Source: an uncultured Solirubrobacterales bacterium (GTDB taxonomy: Bacteria; Actinomycetota; Thermoleophilia; Solirubrobacterales; Solirubrobacteraceae). Taken from it: a stretch of DNA of 64,000 bases. Positions 36,608-47,412 of this stretch are shown here, piece after piece. The notes below the pieces were generated by a model. It ran no database searches. It worked only from the letters and a program-made list of their open reading frames with translations, and was not told the origin of the DNA. Positions within the stretch are counted from its first letter, which is position 1. Every line of letters starts with the position of its first letter. The stretch covers positions 264,021-328,020 of the forward strand of contig CAWHMA010000005.1 in the NCBI GenBank assembly GCA_963830435.1, written 5' to 3'. The translations under genes and the position numbers were made by a program.

Positions 36608-38188
36608 TTGGACGACATGGGCGAGCAGCACGCACTCGATCATCTTGACCTGGAGCGCTGGCTTGCGCTTCTGCGTCGCCGGTGGGGCATTATCGCCGCG
36701 TGCGTCGTGCTCCTGGCCGGCTCCGCGACGATATTCTCGCTGACGCGGCAAAAGCAGTACACGGCGACCGCCTCACTTCTCTTCAGCCAGTCTCAGATCG
36801 GCCCAGACTTGCTGGGGAACACCAATTCGTCTAGCAACACCGACCCCGCGACCCAAGCTGAGACCAATGTCAGGCTCGTGGAATCGTCCGCTGTGGCAGC
36901 TCGAGTCGCCAGCGCCCTTGGCCGCGGGTTCAGCCCGCTGCGGGTCGCCAGCAGCGTCTCCGCCAGCCAAGAGGGACAGTCCAACGTCGTGGCTGTCCAG
37001 GCGCAGGATCCCAGTCCGACCTTCGCGGCGCGGCTTGCCACCCTGTATGCGAACGCGTTCATCGCGTTCCAAACCAACAACGACCGCAGCACGATCCTCC
37101 GCGTCCGCAGCACTCTGACGAGCCAGCTTGACACGATGAGTCCTGCGGAGGTTCAGAGCCCAGCTGGGGTCTCGCTTCAGGCTCGAATCGAGCAATTGAA
37201 CACCCTTGCTGCGGCCCAGACCGGGGATGCTCAGCTGCTTGCGCCTGCCGGCATCCCGACGTCACCCTCCTACCCGAAAACGAGTCGGAACATCGTAATC
37301 GGCGGATCGCTGGGCCTGCTGCTCGGCCTCGGCTTGGTGCTGTTGCTGGAACGGCTGTATCGTCGCGTGCGGGGTCGTGAGGAGCTGAGCCAAATCTATG
37401 GCGTCCCGGTTTTGGTCGAGGTGCCTGAAAGCGATGTTCTGGCCCGAAACGGTCAGTCCGAGAGGGTTACCGGCTATGGCCATGATGCCTTCGACATGTT
37501 GCGAGCTCGCCTGCGCTACTACAACTTAGATGGCGGGCTGAAGTCTCTGCTGGTGACATCCTCAGGGCCACAAGAGGGCAAGACGACGGTCGCCTGGAAC
37601 CTGGCATGCGCGACGGCCCTGTCGAGTGACAGTCGCGTGCTGCTACTGGATGCAGATCTTCGGCGAACTACGCTCGCGAGGGCGCACGGACTGCAGAGCA
37701 TTCCGGGTCTGAGCGATGTCCTTGTCGGAGACTGTGACTATGGCGACGCGATCCAGAGAGTCGAGATCGGACCGGTGCTCGAGGGGAGCGGAGCGGCGCG
37801 GGACCGGTCCCTCGACGTGATCGTTGCCGGTCCGGTGCCACCCAATCCGGCCGAGCTGATCGAGAGCAAGCGGATGAAGCAGTTGATCGACGAACTCACG
37901 GCGATCTACGGCTTCGTCATCATAGATTCGGGACCCGCTCTACTGGTACCCGACCCGCTTGCGCTGATACCGCAGGTAGCCGGGGTGCTCGTGGTCAGCC
38001 GGGTAGGCAGCACGAAGCGCGATGCGGCCGTGCAGCTGCGCGAGGAACTACTGGCGATCCGGGCTCAGGTGGTTGGAGTCGTGGCCAATGGTGTAAAGCG
38101 AAGCCCCGAGTCGAGCTACTACTACGGTCAAGTGCCACGTCGGTCGGGAAAGGCAGTCGGGACGGCAGGCGCTCGGGACTACCGCTGA
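36608..38188 (+). CDS. Wzz-type chain-length determinant fused to BY tyrosine kinase
   Basis: N-terminal TM plus Wzz-like periplasmic region. Walker A SSGPQEGKTTV, A-prime LLLDADLRR, B FVIIDSGPA. C-terminal Tyr cluster ESSYYYG. TTG 36608 or ATG 36617 start. Confidence 0.8.
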   Translation: MDDMGEQHALDHLDLERWLALLRRRWGIIAACVVLLAGSATIFSLTRQKQYTATASLLFSQSQIGPDLLGNTNSSSNTDPATQAETNVRLVESSAVAARVASALGRGFSPLRVASSVSASQEGQSNVVAVQAQDPSPTFAARLATLYANAFIAFQTNNDRSTILRVRSTLTSQLDTMSPAEVQSPAGVSLQARIEQLNTLAAAQTGDAQLLAPAGIPTSPSYPKTSRNIVIGGSLGLLLGLGLVLLLERLYRRVRGREELSQIYGVPVLVEVPESDVLARNGQSERVTGYGHDAFDMLRARLRYYNLDGGLKSLLVTSSGPQEGKTTVAWNLACATALSSDSRVLLLDADLRRTTLARAHGLQSIPGLSDVLVGDCDYGDAIQRVEIGPVLEGSGAARDRSLDVIVAGPVPPNPAELIESKRMKQLIDELTAIYGFVIIDSGPALLVPDPLALIPQVAGVLVVSRVGSTKRDAAVQLREELLAIRAQVVGVVANGVKRSPESSYYYGQVPRRSGKAVGTAGARDYR

Positions 38189-38317
38189 CTCGATCGAAAC
38201 CACCGACCGCTGAGCGCGATTGTTCCCTGGTTGGACCTGGCCATAAGTCTGGGTCCACCCCTCCTTGTGTCCGTCCCCCGCCGTGACACCCACGCGTCAC
38301 TGGTAGCTTCGGGCCCT

Positions 38318-40243
38318 GTGTGTGGAATATGCGGAATTGTGCAGCTGGCAGGCGAGCCACGGCAGGTGATCGAGTCGCACTTGCTTGTGCATATGACCGA
38401 CCTGATGTCGCATCGTGGCCCCGACGATCGTGGCACCTACGAGGCTCCGGGAATCGCGCTCGGCATGCGCCGCCTGTCCATCGTCGACGTCGAGGGCGGC
38501 CACCAGCCTGTCGCGAATGAGCGCGGCGATGTGCGGGCGGTGCAGAACGGCGAGCTCTACAACCACGAGGGGATCCGCCGGAACCTGGGCGCTCGCGGAC
38601 ACCGGCTGTGCACTCGGTGCGACACGGAAATCATCCCGCACCTGTACGAGGACGCCGGGCCACGGTTTGCCGAGCAGCTGCGAGGAAAGTTTGCGATCGC
38701 CGTTTGGGATGAGTCCCGCAGACGAGCGGTGCTGGCGCGTGACCGTCTCGGCGTCAAGCCGCTGTACTGGGCGCAGGCCGGCGATTTGCTTGTGTTTGCG
38801 TCGGAGCTCAAGAGCTTGCTCGCCAGCGGTCTGGTTGACGGCGAGCTGGATTACGACGCGATCGACGCGTACCTCACGCTCGGTTTCGTGCCCGCTCCGC
38901 GCACGCCTCTCGCAGGTGTCTCCAAGCTGCTGCCAGGCCATCAGCTGGTGGTCGAAGATGGCAACCACGAGATCCAGCGCTACTGGGAGTACCCTCCGCC
39001 CATCGTCGGCTCCCCCAGACTGGGGGAGCACGAGTACGCCGAAGGTCTGCTCGAGGTGCTCGAGGAGGCTGTGCGTCTGCGCCTGATGAGCGACGTGCCG
39101 CTGGGGGCGATGCTCAGCGGCGGCCTGGACTCGTCGTTGATCGTCGCGCTCATGGCCCGGAACATGAGCGAGCCGGTGAAGACCTTCTCGGTTGGGTTTG
39201 CCGAGGATCATGACTTCAACGAACTCTCCGACGCGCGCTACGTGTCCTCAGTGTTCGCGACCGATCACCATGAGCTTGAACTGTCGTTTCTCGACGACTC
39301 GATTGACCTGGCGGAGCTGGTGTGGTGCTTGGATGAGCCGCTCTCAGACGTGTCAGCGCTCGGCCTGGAGGCGCTCTCGCGACTAGCGTCGGATCACGTC
39401 ACCGTCGCGCTTTGCGGTCAGGGGGCCGATGAGCTGCTGGGCGGCTACAAGAAGCATCGAGCGGCATCACTTGTCGGCGCTTGGAAGCACCTACCCGAGC
39501 CGCTTCGCGAGACGGGTGCAGCGCTTGCCGTGAGAGGTCCAAAGCGCTTTCGCCGCGCTGCCCGTACGCTCGCCGCCCCCGATCCGGTGGCCCGCTTGAT
39601 CGAAATGAGCGGACGTCTCGGCGGCGGCCTTCGAACGGCGTTGTACTGCGGGCCCCTCCAGGGCAAGGTCGGCGCCGCCGCAATCGACGCGATGCGCGAG
39701 GCTCTGGCTGGAACAACGGACGAGCCCTTGCCTGCCACGCTGCATATCGATGCACAGCTGGCGTTGGTCGACTCCATGTTGCACTACTCCGATCGTGCTT
39801 CGATGGCCCACTCGTTGGAGGTACGCGTCCCGTTCCTTGATCATCACGTCGTCGAGTACTGCACGCGGATCCCGGCGGACCTCAAGGTGCGCCGACTGCA
39901 GACGAAGTCCGTGCTCAAGCGAGCAGCCAGTGGAATCGTTCCCGACCGGATCATTCACAAACGCAAGCTTGGGTTCTTCCGCGGTGCGTCCGATGCTTGG
40001 CTCCAAACTCAGCTGCGCCAGACCATTCCCGAGCTGCTGTTGGGATCTGAGGTGCGCTGCACCGAGTTCCTCGACCACGAGGTCATCAAGCGTCTCACGC
40101 TCGCCCACCGAGATGGGGAGGATCTTTCGCACGGGCATCTGCTGACCGGGATTTTGATGCTGGAAATTTGGCTGCGAACCTACCTGCCGCGGGCGCTGAA
40201 ACGACCCGCCACGGCGCGGGATTCGGTGCCGCTCACCCGATGA
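38318..40243 (+). CDS. asparagine synthase-family glutamine amidotransferase (AsnB/WbpS-like) 2
   Basis: GTG 38318 is directly followed by Cys (CGICGIVQ), giving the required N-terminal Cys. LSGGLDSSLI PP-loop. Confidence 0.85.
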   Translation: MCGICGIVQLAGEPRQVIESHLLVHMTDLMSHRGPDDRGTYEAPGIALGMRRLSIVDVEGGHQPVANERGDVRAVQNGELYNHEGIRRNLGARGHRLCTRCDTEIIPHLYEDAGPRFAEQLRGKFAIAVWDESRRRAVLARDRLGVKPLYWAQAGDLLVFASELKSLLASGLVDGELDYDAIDAYLTLGFVPAPRTPLAGVSKLLPGHQLVVEDGNHEIQRYWEYPPPIVGSPRLGEHEYAEGLLEVLEEAVRLRLMSDVPLGAMLSGGLDSSLIVALMARNMSEPVKTFSVGFAEDHDFNELSDARYVSSVFATDHHELELSFLDDSIDLAELVWCLDEPLSDVSALGLEALSRLASDHVTVALCGQGADELLGGYKKHRAASLVGAWKHLPEPLRETGAALAVRGPKRFRRAARTLAAPDPVARLIEMSGRLGGGLRTALYCGPLQGKVGAAAIDAMREALAGTTDEPLPATLHIDAQLALVDSMLHYSDRASMAHSLEVRVPFLDHHVVEYCTRIPADLKVRRLQTKSVLKRAASGIVPDRIIHKRKLGFFRGASDAWLQTQLRQTIPELLLGSEVRCTEFLDHEVIKRLTLAHRDGEDLSHGHLLTGILMLEIWLRTYLPRALKRPATARDSVPLTR

Positions 40244-40371
40244 CCTCTTCGGGCGGAGATCGGCGACCGGGCGGTGATCTGAATGGAACCGACTCGCTCA
40301 CCGTCTTGCCGCCCAGAACGATCAGGCCCACCGGTCGTCGGCCACAGTCGCCCCAGCGCTCCTCGCGTGTT

Positions 40372-42561
40372 TCAGGATCGCACCGCGTCAATACGAACCG
40401 ATGCGCCAGTCTTCATCGACTCCACTACGGCTAGGGTCGCCAGGCTGACGTTGGCCACCTCGGGCAGGGGGACCGGTGGACGGCCGCTACGGACCCCCTC
40501 CATGAAGGCCACTATCTCCTCACTGTGGCCTTTCTCTTGGCCACGGACCTTGACTAGACGCCGCTGGCTGTCATTCAGCTCCAGCGAGCGGTAGTCGTCG
40601 AGGATGCCGATTCCAGCCTGACCGAAGGCCTCGATCCGCTCCTTGCCCACGTGCGCAGACGATTGCGCGATGTACACGATGGTGCCAAGCGATCCGTCCG
40701 CATGCTGGAGCGTGACAGCAACATTGTCGCGCGCTTGCGCGGGCGCACCGATCGAACTAAAGCCACTGGCGTGGACCTCGGTCACCGGAGAGTTCACGAG
40801 GAACACGAGCGTGTCTATGAAGTGACAAACCTCGCCAAGTACTCGGCCGCCGCCTTGCTCGAGATCGTGAACCCAATGGCTTGGGGGAACCTTGCCCGCA
40901 CTCACGCGGCAGAGGATCGTCGTGGGACCTCCCGTTTTGGCGAGGAACCTCCGAAGCTCCATGGCAAGTGGAGAGAAGCGGCGGTTGAAGCCGACGGCGA
41001 GGATTCCTTCAGCCTGCTCGGCAGTGGTCATCACCGCACTGAGTTCATCGAGGCTCAACGCAAGCGGCTTCTCGCAGAAGACATGCTTGCCCTCGCGGAG
41101 CGCGGCCCCGGCTAGTTCTGCGTGCGAGCCGTGACGAGTTCCGATTACGACGACGTCGACCACGCCGTCCTCAATCACTGCCTGCTCGCTCTCAGCTACG
41201 CGGGAGCCAAGCTGCCGCGCGGCCGCCTCGGCGGACGGACCCATCCCCCCGCCCACCAGCTCGAGGCGCCCGCCGGCAGCGGTAAAGGCCGGAACCAGCA
41301 CCTGACTCGCAAACTGGCCATAGCCGACCAAGCCGATCGCCGGAGCTTGGCTGCCAGTGCGAACTGCCGGCCCAGAACGTTGGACGCCCTCGCGTATCGG
41401 TTGCTCGCCCAGGTCGTGATAGGACAGAATCAGCGCTCCACGTGGACGTTGCTCCGCAGGACCGGTTATCCGCGCATAGGCTTCGTTCGCTCGCTCCACC
41501 GGAATCACGTCCTCGATCAGGTCATGCAGCGTGAGCTTGCCTCGAGCCTGAAGCGAGAGCACGGCCTCCATGTTGCGCTGCTCGGTCCAGCGCACGAAGC
41601 CGATCGGGTAATCGAGCCCGCGCTCCTCGTACTCTGCGTCGTAACGGCCAGGGCCGTAGGAGCGTGATACCTGGAAAGTGAGCTCCTTCATGTACAGCTG
41701 CTCGCGAGGGACATGGATCGGGACGGCACCTACCAATGTCAACGAACCCCGCTCCCGGAGCAGTTCCGTGCCGAGCACAAGCGGATCACTGGTTGGAGCA
41801 CCTGCGGTGACGATCGCATGATCGACGCCGATGCCGCGGGTTAGTTCGCGGACGCGCTCGGCCGCCCATTCGCTCACCTCGACACCGTGATCGGCGCCTT
41901 CGCGAAGCGCGCTCTGGACCCGGTCGTGGTCGATGTCGAGAGCGATCACCTCCGCGCCGGCCGCCGCCAGGAGGCGACAGGCGATCTGACCGATCAGCCC
42001 GCAGCCGATAACCGCTGCCCGCTCGGCCACGGCCACCCGAGTGAGGCGTACGGCATGCAGCGCGATCGCGGCGAGCGTCGTCAAGGCGGCGGCGGGCATC
42101 GGCACACCTTCCGGGACCTTCGCGCACAGGTTGCTCGGGACGGCTACGACCTGGGCGTGATTGGCGTGCCCCGCCCCCGCGCAGGCAACCAGGTCTCCAA
42201 CCGCGATACCGCGCACCCGAGGTCCAGTCTCCATCACGCGGCCCGCGGAACTGTAACCGCTCGGGGCCTCCTCATCGAGCTTGCGGCGGATCTGGTCGCG
42301 TGTGCTGCGGATGCCGTCACGCCTGGCGAGGTCGACCGTCTGGCGAACGAGATCGGGTCGTTCCCGTGCGCGGGCTACAAGCGACTTCTGGCCCGATTCG
42401 ACGGCTGTCCGCTCGGTACCGGAGGAGATGGCCGAGAACGCATTGTTGACGAGGATCCCGGCTGGGGGACACGGGGGGAGCGGGACCTCGCGGACAACGG
42501 TTAGCCCGGACCGATTCTGTAGGACCTGCTTCACGGGCGTACCGAGATTGCCATCCAGCAT
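40372..42561 (-). CDS. bi-domain oxidoreductase (Zn-ADH/MDR-like N-half plus Gfo/Idh/MocA C-half)
   Basis: N-half VKQVLQN...GCGLIGQIACRLL. C-half IGLVGYGQFASQVLVPAF...VFCEKPLA. ATG 42561 chosen (a GTG at VKQVLQN is also possible). Confidence 0.75.
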   Translation of the reverse strand: MLDGNLGTPVKQVLQNRSGLTVVREVPLPPCPPAGILVNNAFSAISSGTERTAVESGQKSLVARARERPDLVRQTVDLARRDGIRSTRDQIRRKLDEEAPSGYSSAGRVMETGPRVRGIAVGDLVACAGAGHANHAQVVAVPSNLCAKVPEGVPMPAAALTTLAAIALHAVRLTRVAVAERAAVIGCGLIGQIACRLLAAAGAEVIALDIDHDRVQSALREGADHGVEVSEWAAERVRELTRGIGVDHAIVTAGAPTSDPLVLGTELLRERGSLTLVGAVPIHVPREQLYMKELTFQVSRSYGPGRYDAEYEERGLDYPIGFVRWTEQRNMEAVLSLQARGKLTLHDLIEDVIPVERANEAYARITGPAEQRPRGALILSYHDLGEQPIREGVQRSGPAVRTGSQAPAIGLVGYGQFASQVLVPAFTAAGGRLELVGGGMGPSAEAAARQLGSRVAESEQAVIEDGVVDVVVIGTRHGSHAELAGAALREGKHVFCEKPLALSLDELSAVMTTAEQAEGILAVGFNRRFSPLAMELRRFLAKTGGPTTILCRVSAGKVPPSHWVHDLEQGGGRVLGEVCHFIDTLVFLVNSPVTEVHASGFSSIGAPAQARDNVAVTLQHADGSLGTIVYIAQSSAHVGKERIEAFGQAGIGILDDYRSLELNDSQRRLVKVRGQEKGHSEEIVAFMEGVRSGRPPVPLPEVANVSLATLAVVESMKTGASVRIDAVRS

Positions 42562-42601
42562 CGCCTGCGAGTGGGCCGGGGTCGCCGATCGCCGCCGTTG
42601 C

Positions 42602-44281
42602 TCATAGTCGCTCGCCGGCGGCTTGAAGATCAACGACCTCCGCTGCCTCTCCGCCACCGTTGTAGGTCAACCTATCGAGGATAACTTGGACCCGCGCGTC
42701 CCAGGTGTGGGAGCTTTCGGCCTCATGCTGAGCCGCCATCCCGAGCCGATGACCCCGGTCCGGCAGGGCCAGCACGACCTGAATTCCGCGGGCGAGATCC
42801 TCAGTGTCTCCGGGTGTCACGAGGATCGCGGTTCGGTTGTGGTTGAGGATCTCGCCGATTTGCTCCAACCCACTGGCCACGATCGGCCGGCCGAGGGCCA
42901 TGTACTCGAAGACCTTCGTCGGCGATCCGAAGAAAGGACGTCCTTGCATCGGGGGGTGAGGTGAGACGAGAACATCACAGCCGGCAAGTCGCTGCACCGT
43001 CTCGAAGTGAGGCAGCAGACCAGTCCACTCGATTCGCTGAGCTACACCGAGCTCTTGGGCTAGGTACTGGCATCTGGCTCGCTCCGGGCCGTCTCCCACC
43101 AGCAGAGCGTGGACGCTCTCGGGGAGCCGGGCAAGCGCGCGTACCAATACGTCGGCCCCGTGCCACGGTTCGAAGGAGCCCACCCAACCAAGCAGCGTCC
43201 CGGGTCCGGAGGAGACGGGAGCGGCGGCGCGGCGGGCACGCTCGATGACCTCGATGTCGACTCCATTGGGAAGAACAAGTACCGCGTCCGGTGAGGCGCC
43301 CGCGTCGAGCGCCATCGCTGCCGAGTGGCTCGACACCGAAGCGACCAGCGCCGCGCGTTGCACAACGTAGCGCTCCATCGTCGCCGCCAGCGGGGTGAAC
43401 ACACGCTTGACCGGATTTGCCAGGTGCCAGTGGAAGTGGACCCAGGCTTCAGAGTTGTTCCACTCGAGTACGAGCGGCGCATCGGCAGCCTCGGCAAGTT
43501 GGACGCCATACGTCGCGAACGCTTCGTGACGCTGGTAAACCAGCCGCGGACGCAGGCGCCTCAGCAGCTGGCGTCCGGCGGCGCGGGCAACTGGATTTGA
43601 GCAGACGGCGGCGATCTCCCCGGTCAGGCGTGCCTCGCGCGATAGCGGTGGCGCCACCTGGATGTCATCGGCGATCTCCTGTAACTGCGGTGGCGGTGGC
43701 CCCAGCGTGAGCAGGCCGACGCGTAACCCGAGATGCCGGAAGGCAGCCAGCACCCCGCTCATGTGGGTAACGCTACCTCCCACTTTTGTACCGGGGTATC
43801 CAGGCCAGATCGCAAGCACGGCGTCGCGCTTCCCGCCCTCCGTCGCCGCCGGCCTCGAGTGTCGCCGCCCCCGCGCGAGCTGAGAGGTCTCTGCTCCGAC
43901 CCGCGTCAGCGCGGCGGTTGCTTCGAGCGGGAGTCGTGCCGCCCGCAGAGCCAGGGCTGTGCGGCTGAGTGATAGCTGAACCTGACCCTCCCCTACCAGC
44001 ACGCGGCACTCTCGCAGCGCGAGTCGCATTGCGGCTAGCTCGAACAACTGAGGCATTGGCTGTCGTTCCCAGTCTGGACTGTGGACGACGACGGTCTCGA
44101 TGCCGAGAACGCGCGCTCGGCGACGGACGGAATTGAGCCGCCCGGCACAATCTCGCTTAGTCAGTACGAGCCCTGGATCTAATCCCGCATTTCGGGCCGC
44201 ATGTTCGGCGGCGAAAGGCGAGCCGCTGGCGATCAGCACGCAGCGAGCATTTGAGCCGGCGGGAATGGCCTGTGGGGTCAT
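42602..44281 (-). CDS. glycosyltransferase family 4 (GT-B) with N-terminal extra domain
   Basis: C-terminal GSFEPWHGADVL...LLVGDGPE...VLVSPH...GSPTKVFEYMALGRPIVAS. ATG 44281 forms an ATGA overlap with the upstream stop. Confidence 0.8.
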   Translation of the reverse strand: MTPQAIPAGSNARCVLIASGSPFAAEHAARNAGLDPGLVLTKRDCAGRLNSVRRRARVLGIETVVVHSPDWERQPMPQLFELAAMRLALRECRVLVGEGQVQLSLSRTALALRAARLPLEATAALTRVGAETSQLARGRRHSRPAATEGGKRDAVLAIWPGYPGTKVGGSVTHMSGVLAAFRHLGLRVGLLTLGPPPPQLQEIADDIQVAPPLSREARLTGEIAAVCSNPVARAAGRQLLRRLRPRLVYQRHEAFATYGVQLAEAADAPLVLEWNNSEAWVHFHWHLANPVKRVFTPLAATMERYVVQRAALVASVSSHSAAMALDAGASPDAVLVLPNGVDIEVIERARRAAAPVSSGPGTLLGWVGSFEPWHGADVLVRALARLPESVHALLVGDGPERARCQYLAQELGVAQRIEWTGLLPHFETVQRLAGCDVLVSPHPPMQGRPFFGSPTKVFEYMALGRPIVASGLEQIGEILNHNRTAILVTPGDTEDLARGIQVVLALPDRGHRLGMAAQHEAESSHTWDARVQVILDRLTYNGGGEAAEVVDLQAAGERL

Positions 44282-45453
44282 TTGTCTTCCCTGCCCAACA
44301 GCCGGTCGTAGAGAGTCAGTAGGCGTGGCTCCTCCACCTCCCAATTCAGCTGCTCCTCGGCGAGCCGCCGGGCCTGATGTCGCCTCGCCGTCAGGCGCTC
44401 GGGATCGTCGACGAGGGTCCGCAGGGCCTCGGCGATCGTCGTCGGCGCGGACGGATCGAACAGCTCCGCGACCGGCGGGTTGGACAGATTGGCGATCCGC
44501 CGTATCTCCGGCAGGTCACTTGCGATCACCGGCAGGCCAGCCATCAGATACTCGTGGAGCTTGTTGGTGTCGCCGAGCTGATCGTTGAGCGGCGCACCCC
44601 GGATCGGCACGAGTCCCACGGTTGCTGCTGCCGCGGTGGCCACCAGCTCGTACCACGGGCGCGGCGGAAGGAAGTGCACCCGATCGACCACACCTGCTTC
44701 GTCAGCCCACCCACGGATCTGCTCTCGGGCTGAGTCCCAGCCGAATCCCAGGATCACCAGATGGATGTCATCATCGACCATCGCCAGCGCTTGCACGGTC
44801 TCGTGGAAGCACCGCTCGGCGGCGATCCAGCCCTGATATAGGAGCACACGCTTGCCGCGCGGGTAGCCGGGATCGAGTGGCACCACCTCACGGGTGAGCG
44901 GCGGCACGTTCGCGAGCACAGCGATGTCGCGGCGCCCATAGCGCGTGCTGAGCACCTCGGCGCGCGATGAGTTCGTTGTGATCACGGCTTCGCTGGTGCG
45001 AACCATCAGACGCTCGACCATGGCGGCAGCCTTGGCCATCACCCAGGCCCGAAATCCCGGTTCGTACGCCTCGCCCCAGAGTTCGTGCCCGTCGTAGACC
45101 AACTTGGCACGTCTCAGGCGCGCGGCAAGCCAGCATGCGGGACCGACGTGGATATCGTGGGAGTGATAGACGCGCGCCGAAGTACCCAGCACCTCCGCTG
45201 AGACGCGTGCCAGGACCCACACTCGGCGAAGGTACGACTTGGGGCGGTCACGCCATCCGAAGGGTATCTCCAGCACTTCGACTCCGGTTTCATCGCGTCG
45301 TCGGCGCGCTTGCTCGATGTCGTAGGCGGGGCCGGTTAGCGACACGCTGCGACCTGTGCGTGCGAGCGATCGAGCTTCTTTCCAGACCCGCGCGTCGAAA
45401 GGCAGGTCGCTGATCACCGCGGCGCATACGTCGTAACGGGCCATCTTTCTCAC
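44278..45453 (-). CDS. glycosyltransferase family 4
   Basis: GT-B pattern with DTNKLHEYLMAGLPVIASDLPEI. 4-nt overlap with the upstream gene. Confidence 0.8.
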   Translation of the reverse strand: MRKMARYDVCAAVISDLPFDARVWKEARSLARTGRSVSLTGPAYDIEQARRRRDETGVEVLEIPFGWRDRPKSYLRRVWVLARVSAEVLGTSARVYHSHDIHVGPACWLAARLRRAKLVYDGHELWGEAYEPGFRAWVMAKAAAMVERLMVRTSEAVITTNSSRAEVLSTRYGRRDIAVLANVPPLTREVVPLDPGYPRGKRVLLYQGWIAAERCFHETVQALAMVDDDIHLVILGFGWDSAREQIRGWADEAGVVDRVHFLPPRPWYELVATAAAATVGLVPIRGAPLNDQLGDTNKLHEYLMAGLPVIASDLPEIRRIANLSNPPVAELFDPSAPTTIAEALRTLVDDPERLTARRHQARRLAEEQLNWEVEEPRLLTLYDRLLGREDK

Positions 45454-47405
45454 GCGGGCGCGATTCGGTAGCCGATCCTGGCCGGAAGCTCGCCACTGAC
45501 AGATGCGCGGATCAACGGCGCCCTCTCCCGCACCCCATACTGAGATGACACCCAGCCGCGCTCGACGCTCACCGATGTAGCGCCCGTGAAATCGATCCGC
45601 AGCGCGCGGGCAACGGACCGCACGAGCACGACGTTTGCCGTGTCGCTGGTGGCCTCGGTCCGAGCAGTGAGATGGATCAGGGATTCGACTTCGTGCCTCC
45701 CCTGACCCGCGGCCTCGTCGATGACCTCGATCGCGCCCAGCTTGCGGGTCAGGCTGATCCGCCGCCGGCAGCGTATCGGTGCGCCCGGCCGGCTGAACCC
45801 GTCGTGGGAACCGCTGAGCACGACCTCGTCATCCATCTCGCGCCATTCCTCGACTTCGAACTGGGCGTGAGCAGGCATCCGGAAAGGCTCGGCCGCCGGC
45901 AGCGGATGCATGTCGAGTCCATCTACGACCATGACATTGTGAGCGGTCGCTGATCGAAACGTGTCGCGTGCCTGGGGATCGGCCGTGTACACGTAGCTGC
46001 CGGAATCGACGACGATCGGTTCTCCGTAAGACAGCTCATATGACGAAAGGTCGTTGTGGGCGTGTCCGCCGTTCCCGTTCTGCCCGACGCCGCCCCAGCG
46101 CACGACCATGTGCGCGCCACCGCCCTGCAGGACATAGAGGCCGCCTATGGGGAATGCCGTGGTCGCGCGGTGCCGGTCGACCGGGCGCTCGGCGAGGCTG
46201 CGCCAGCGTTCCAGCCCGAACGTCCACGCAACCTCCTCGTGGGGTGGCGCGTCGCGCTGGTGGGGCAGTTCAACCACCGCCGCGCCCAGGTCGAGGAGGT
46301 TGTCGTGCGTGGGAGGTCGGGCAAATCCGGCAGGCAGCACACGTCCGGAGTCCTGGTCGCCGAATACCGGGCTTCGCCCATCGGGATGGCGCACCGAGCG
46401 TGAGACCTCGAGCATTTGCACAAGCCGGCCGGATAAGCGCGCGGACAGCGGACGACCGACCAGTTGCGCCACGTACCGGGCAATCGCGAACATCTCCAGC
46501 GTGAGACCGTGGTAGGGCAGCGAAGCTTCGAAGCCGACGCCGTCGTCTAGCACCTGGGTGCTGATCTCGCGCTCCAGTGCCCGCCGCGAGAGGCGCTGCC
46601 ATCGCGAGGCCTGAGGATCATCGGGAAGGAACGCCCCCAGCACGAGCAGACCAACAATGTCGGCGAGGTAATGGTTTCCACGTAGCAGCGGACTGCCCTC
46701 CAGGTGGAGCGCGATGTGGCGCCCATGGACCTGTAGCGAGTGGGAGACCCGCGCGTGCAGCTGGGCGTCCAGCGGACGCCAACCCTCGAGCGTTCCGATT
46801 GCCCACGTCCAATTCACCGCTCGAATGGACAACTCCATCGGGGTGACCCAGTTGATTCCATACCCCGGAGGGTTTGCGTCCAGCCATGACGTCAGCTGTG
46901 CCTCGAGTTCGGTGGCAAAGCGCTCGTCCCTGTACAACCTTGCGGCCCGAGCCAGAGTCAGAAGCTGGTGCCCTCGGCTGAGCTCCCATGGTACCTTCGC
47001 GTCGCTGTCATCGTGCAGCCGTGTGATCTCGAGGTCTTGGTAGAAAGTTGGGGGCCAGCGATATCCACTTTTGAAGTCGCGATGCCAATCAATCTCCGGA
47101 CCCAGGTCGACTAGTCCTGAACCGAGGTAGTCCATCCGGCGGTCAAGCACGGCCTCGGCTTCTTGGCGCACGGTGACGGCTGCGGCGCGGAGCTCGGCCG
47201 GTAGCCGGTCCGCTGGCGGGAAGTTGACCGCTGGAGCGCGCAGCGCAGCGGGCGCGCGCGGCTCAGCAACGGCGGTTGGATACACCTTGCGCAGCCGCCG
47301 CAGTCGGTGTCGTACGCGCAACCGGTGAATGGCGCTTGCGCCAATTGGCACCGGGTGAAAGCCGTAGCGTTGCACGACTGAGACCGCACTCGTGGAAGCG
47401 CTCAC
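45450..47405 (-). CDS. heparinase II/III-family protein, no signal peptide
   Basis: DWHRDFKSGYRWP, WELSRGHQL, RGNHYLADIVGLLVLG, GGHAHNDLSSYEL motifs of the alginate-lyase/heparinase II/III fold. The N-terminus is not signal-like. Confidence 0.75.
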   Translation of the reverse strand: MSASTSAVSVVQRYGFHPVPIGASAIHRLRVRHRLRRLRKVYPTAVAEPRAPAALRAPAVNFPPADRLPAELRAAAVTVRQEAEAVLDRRMDYLGSGLVDLGPEIDWHRDFKSGYRWPPTFYQDLEITRLHDDSDAKVPWELSRGHQLLTLARAARLYRDERFATELEAQLTSWLDANPPGYGINWVTPMELSIRAVNWTWAIGTLEGWRPLDAQLHARVSHSLQVHGRHIALHLEGSPLLRGNHYLADIVGLLVLGAFLPDDPQASRWQRLSRRALEREISTQVLDDGVGFEASLPYHGLTLEMFAIARYVAQLVGRPLSARLSGRLVQMLEVSRSVRHPDGRSPVFGDQDSGRVLPAGFARPPTHDNLLDLGAAVVELPHQRDAPPHEEVAWTFGLERWRSLAERPVDRHRATTAFPIGGLYVLQGGGAHMVVRWGGVGQNGNGGHAHNDLSSYELSYGEPIVVDSGSYVYTADPQARDTFRSATAHNVMVVDGLDMHPLPAAEPFRMPAHAQFEVEEWREMDDEVVLSGSHDGFSRPGAPIRCRRRISLTRKLGAIEVIDEAAGQGRHEVESLIHLTARTEATSDTANVVLVRSVARALRIDFTGATSVSVERGWVSSQYGVRERAPLIRASVSGELPARIGYRIAPA

Positions 47406-47412
47406 CGCTCAC

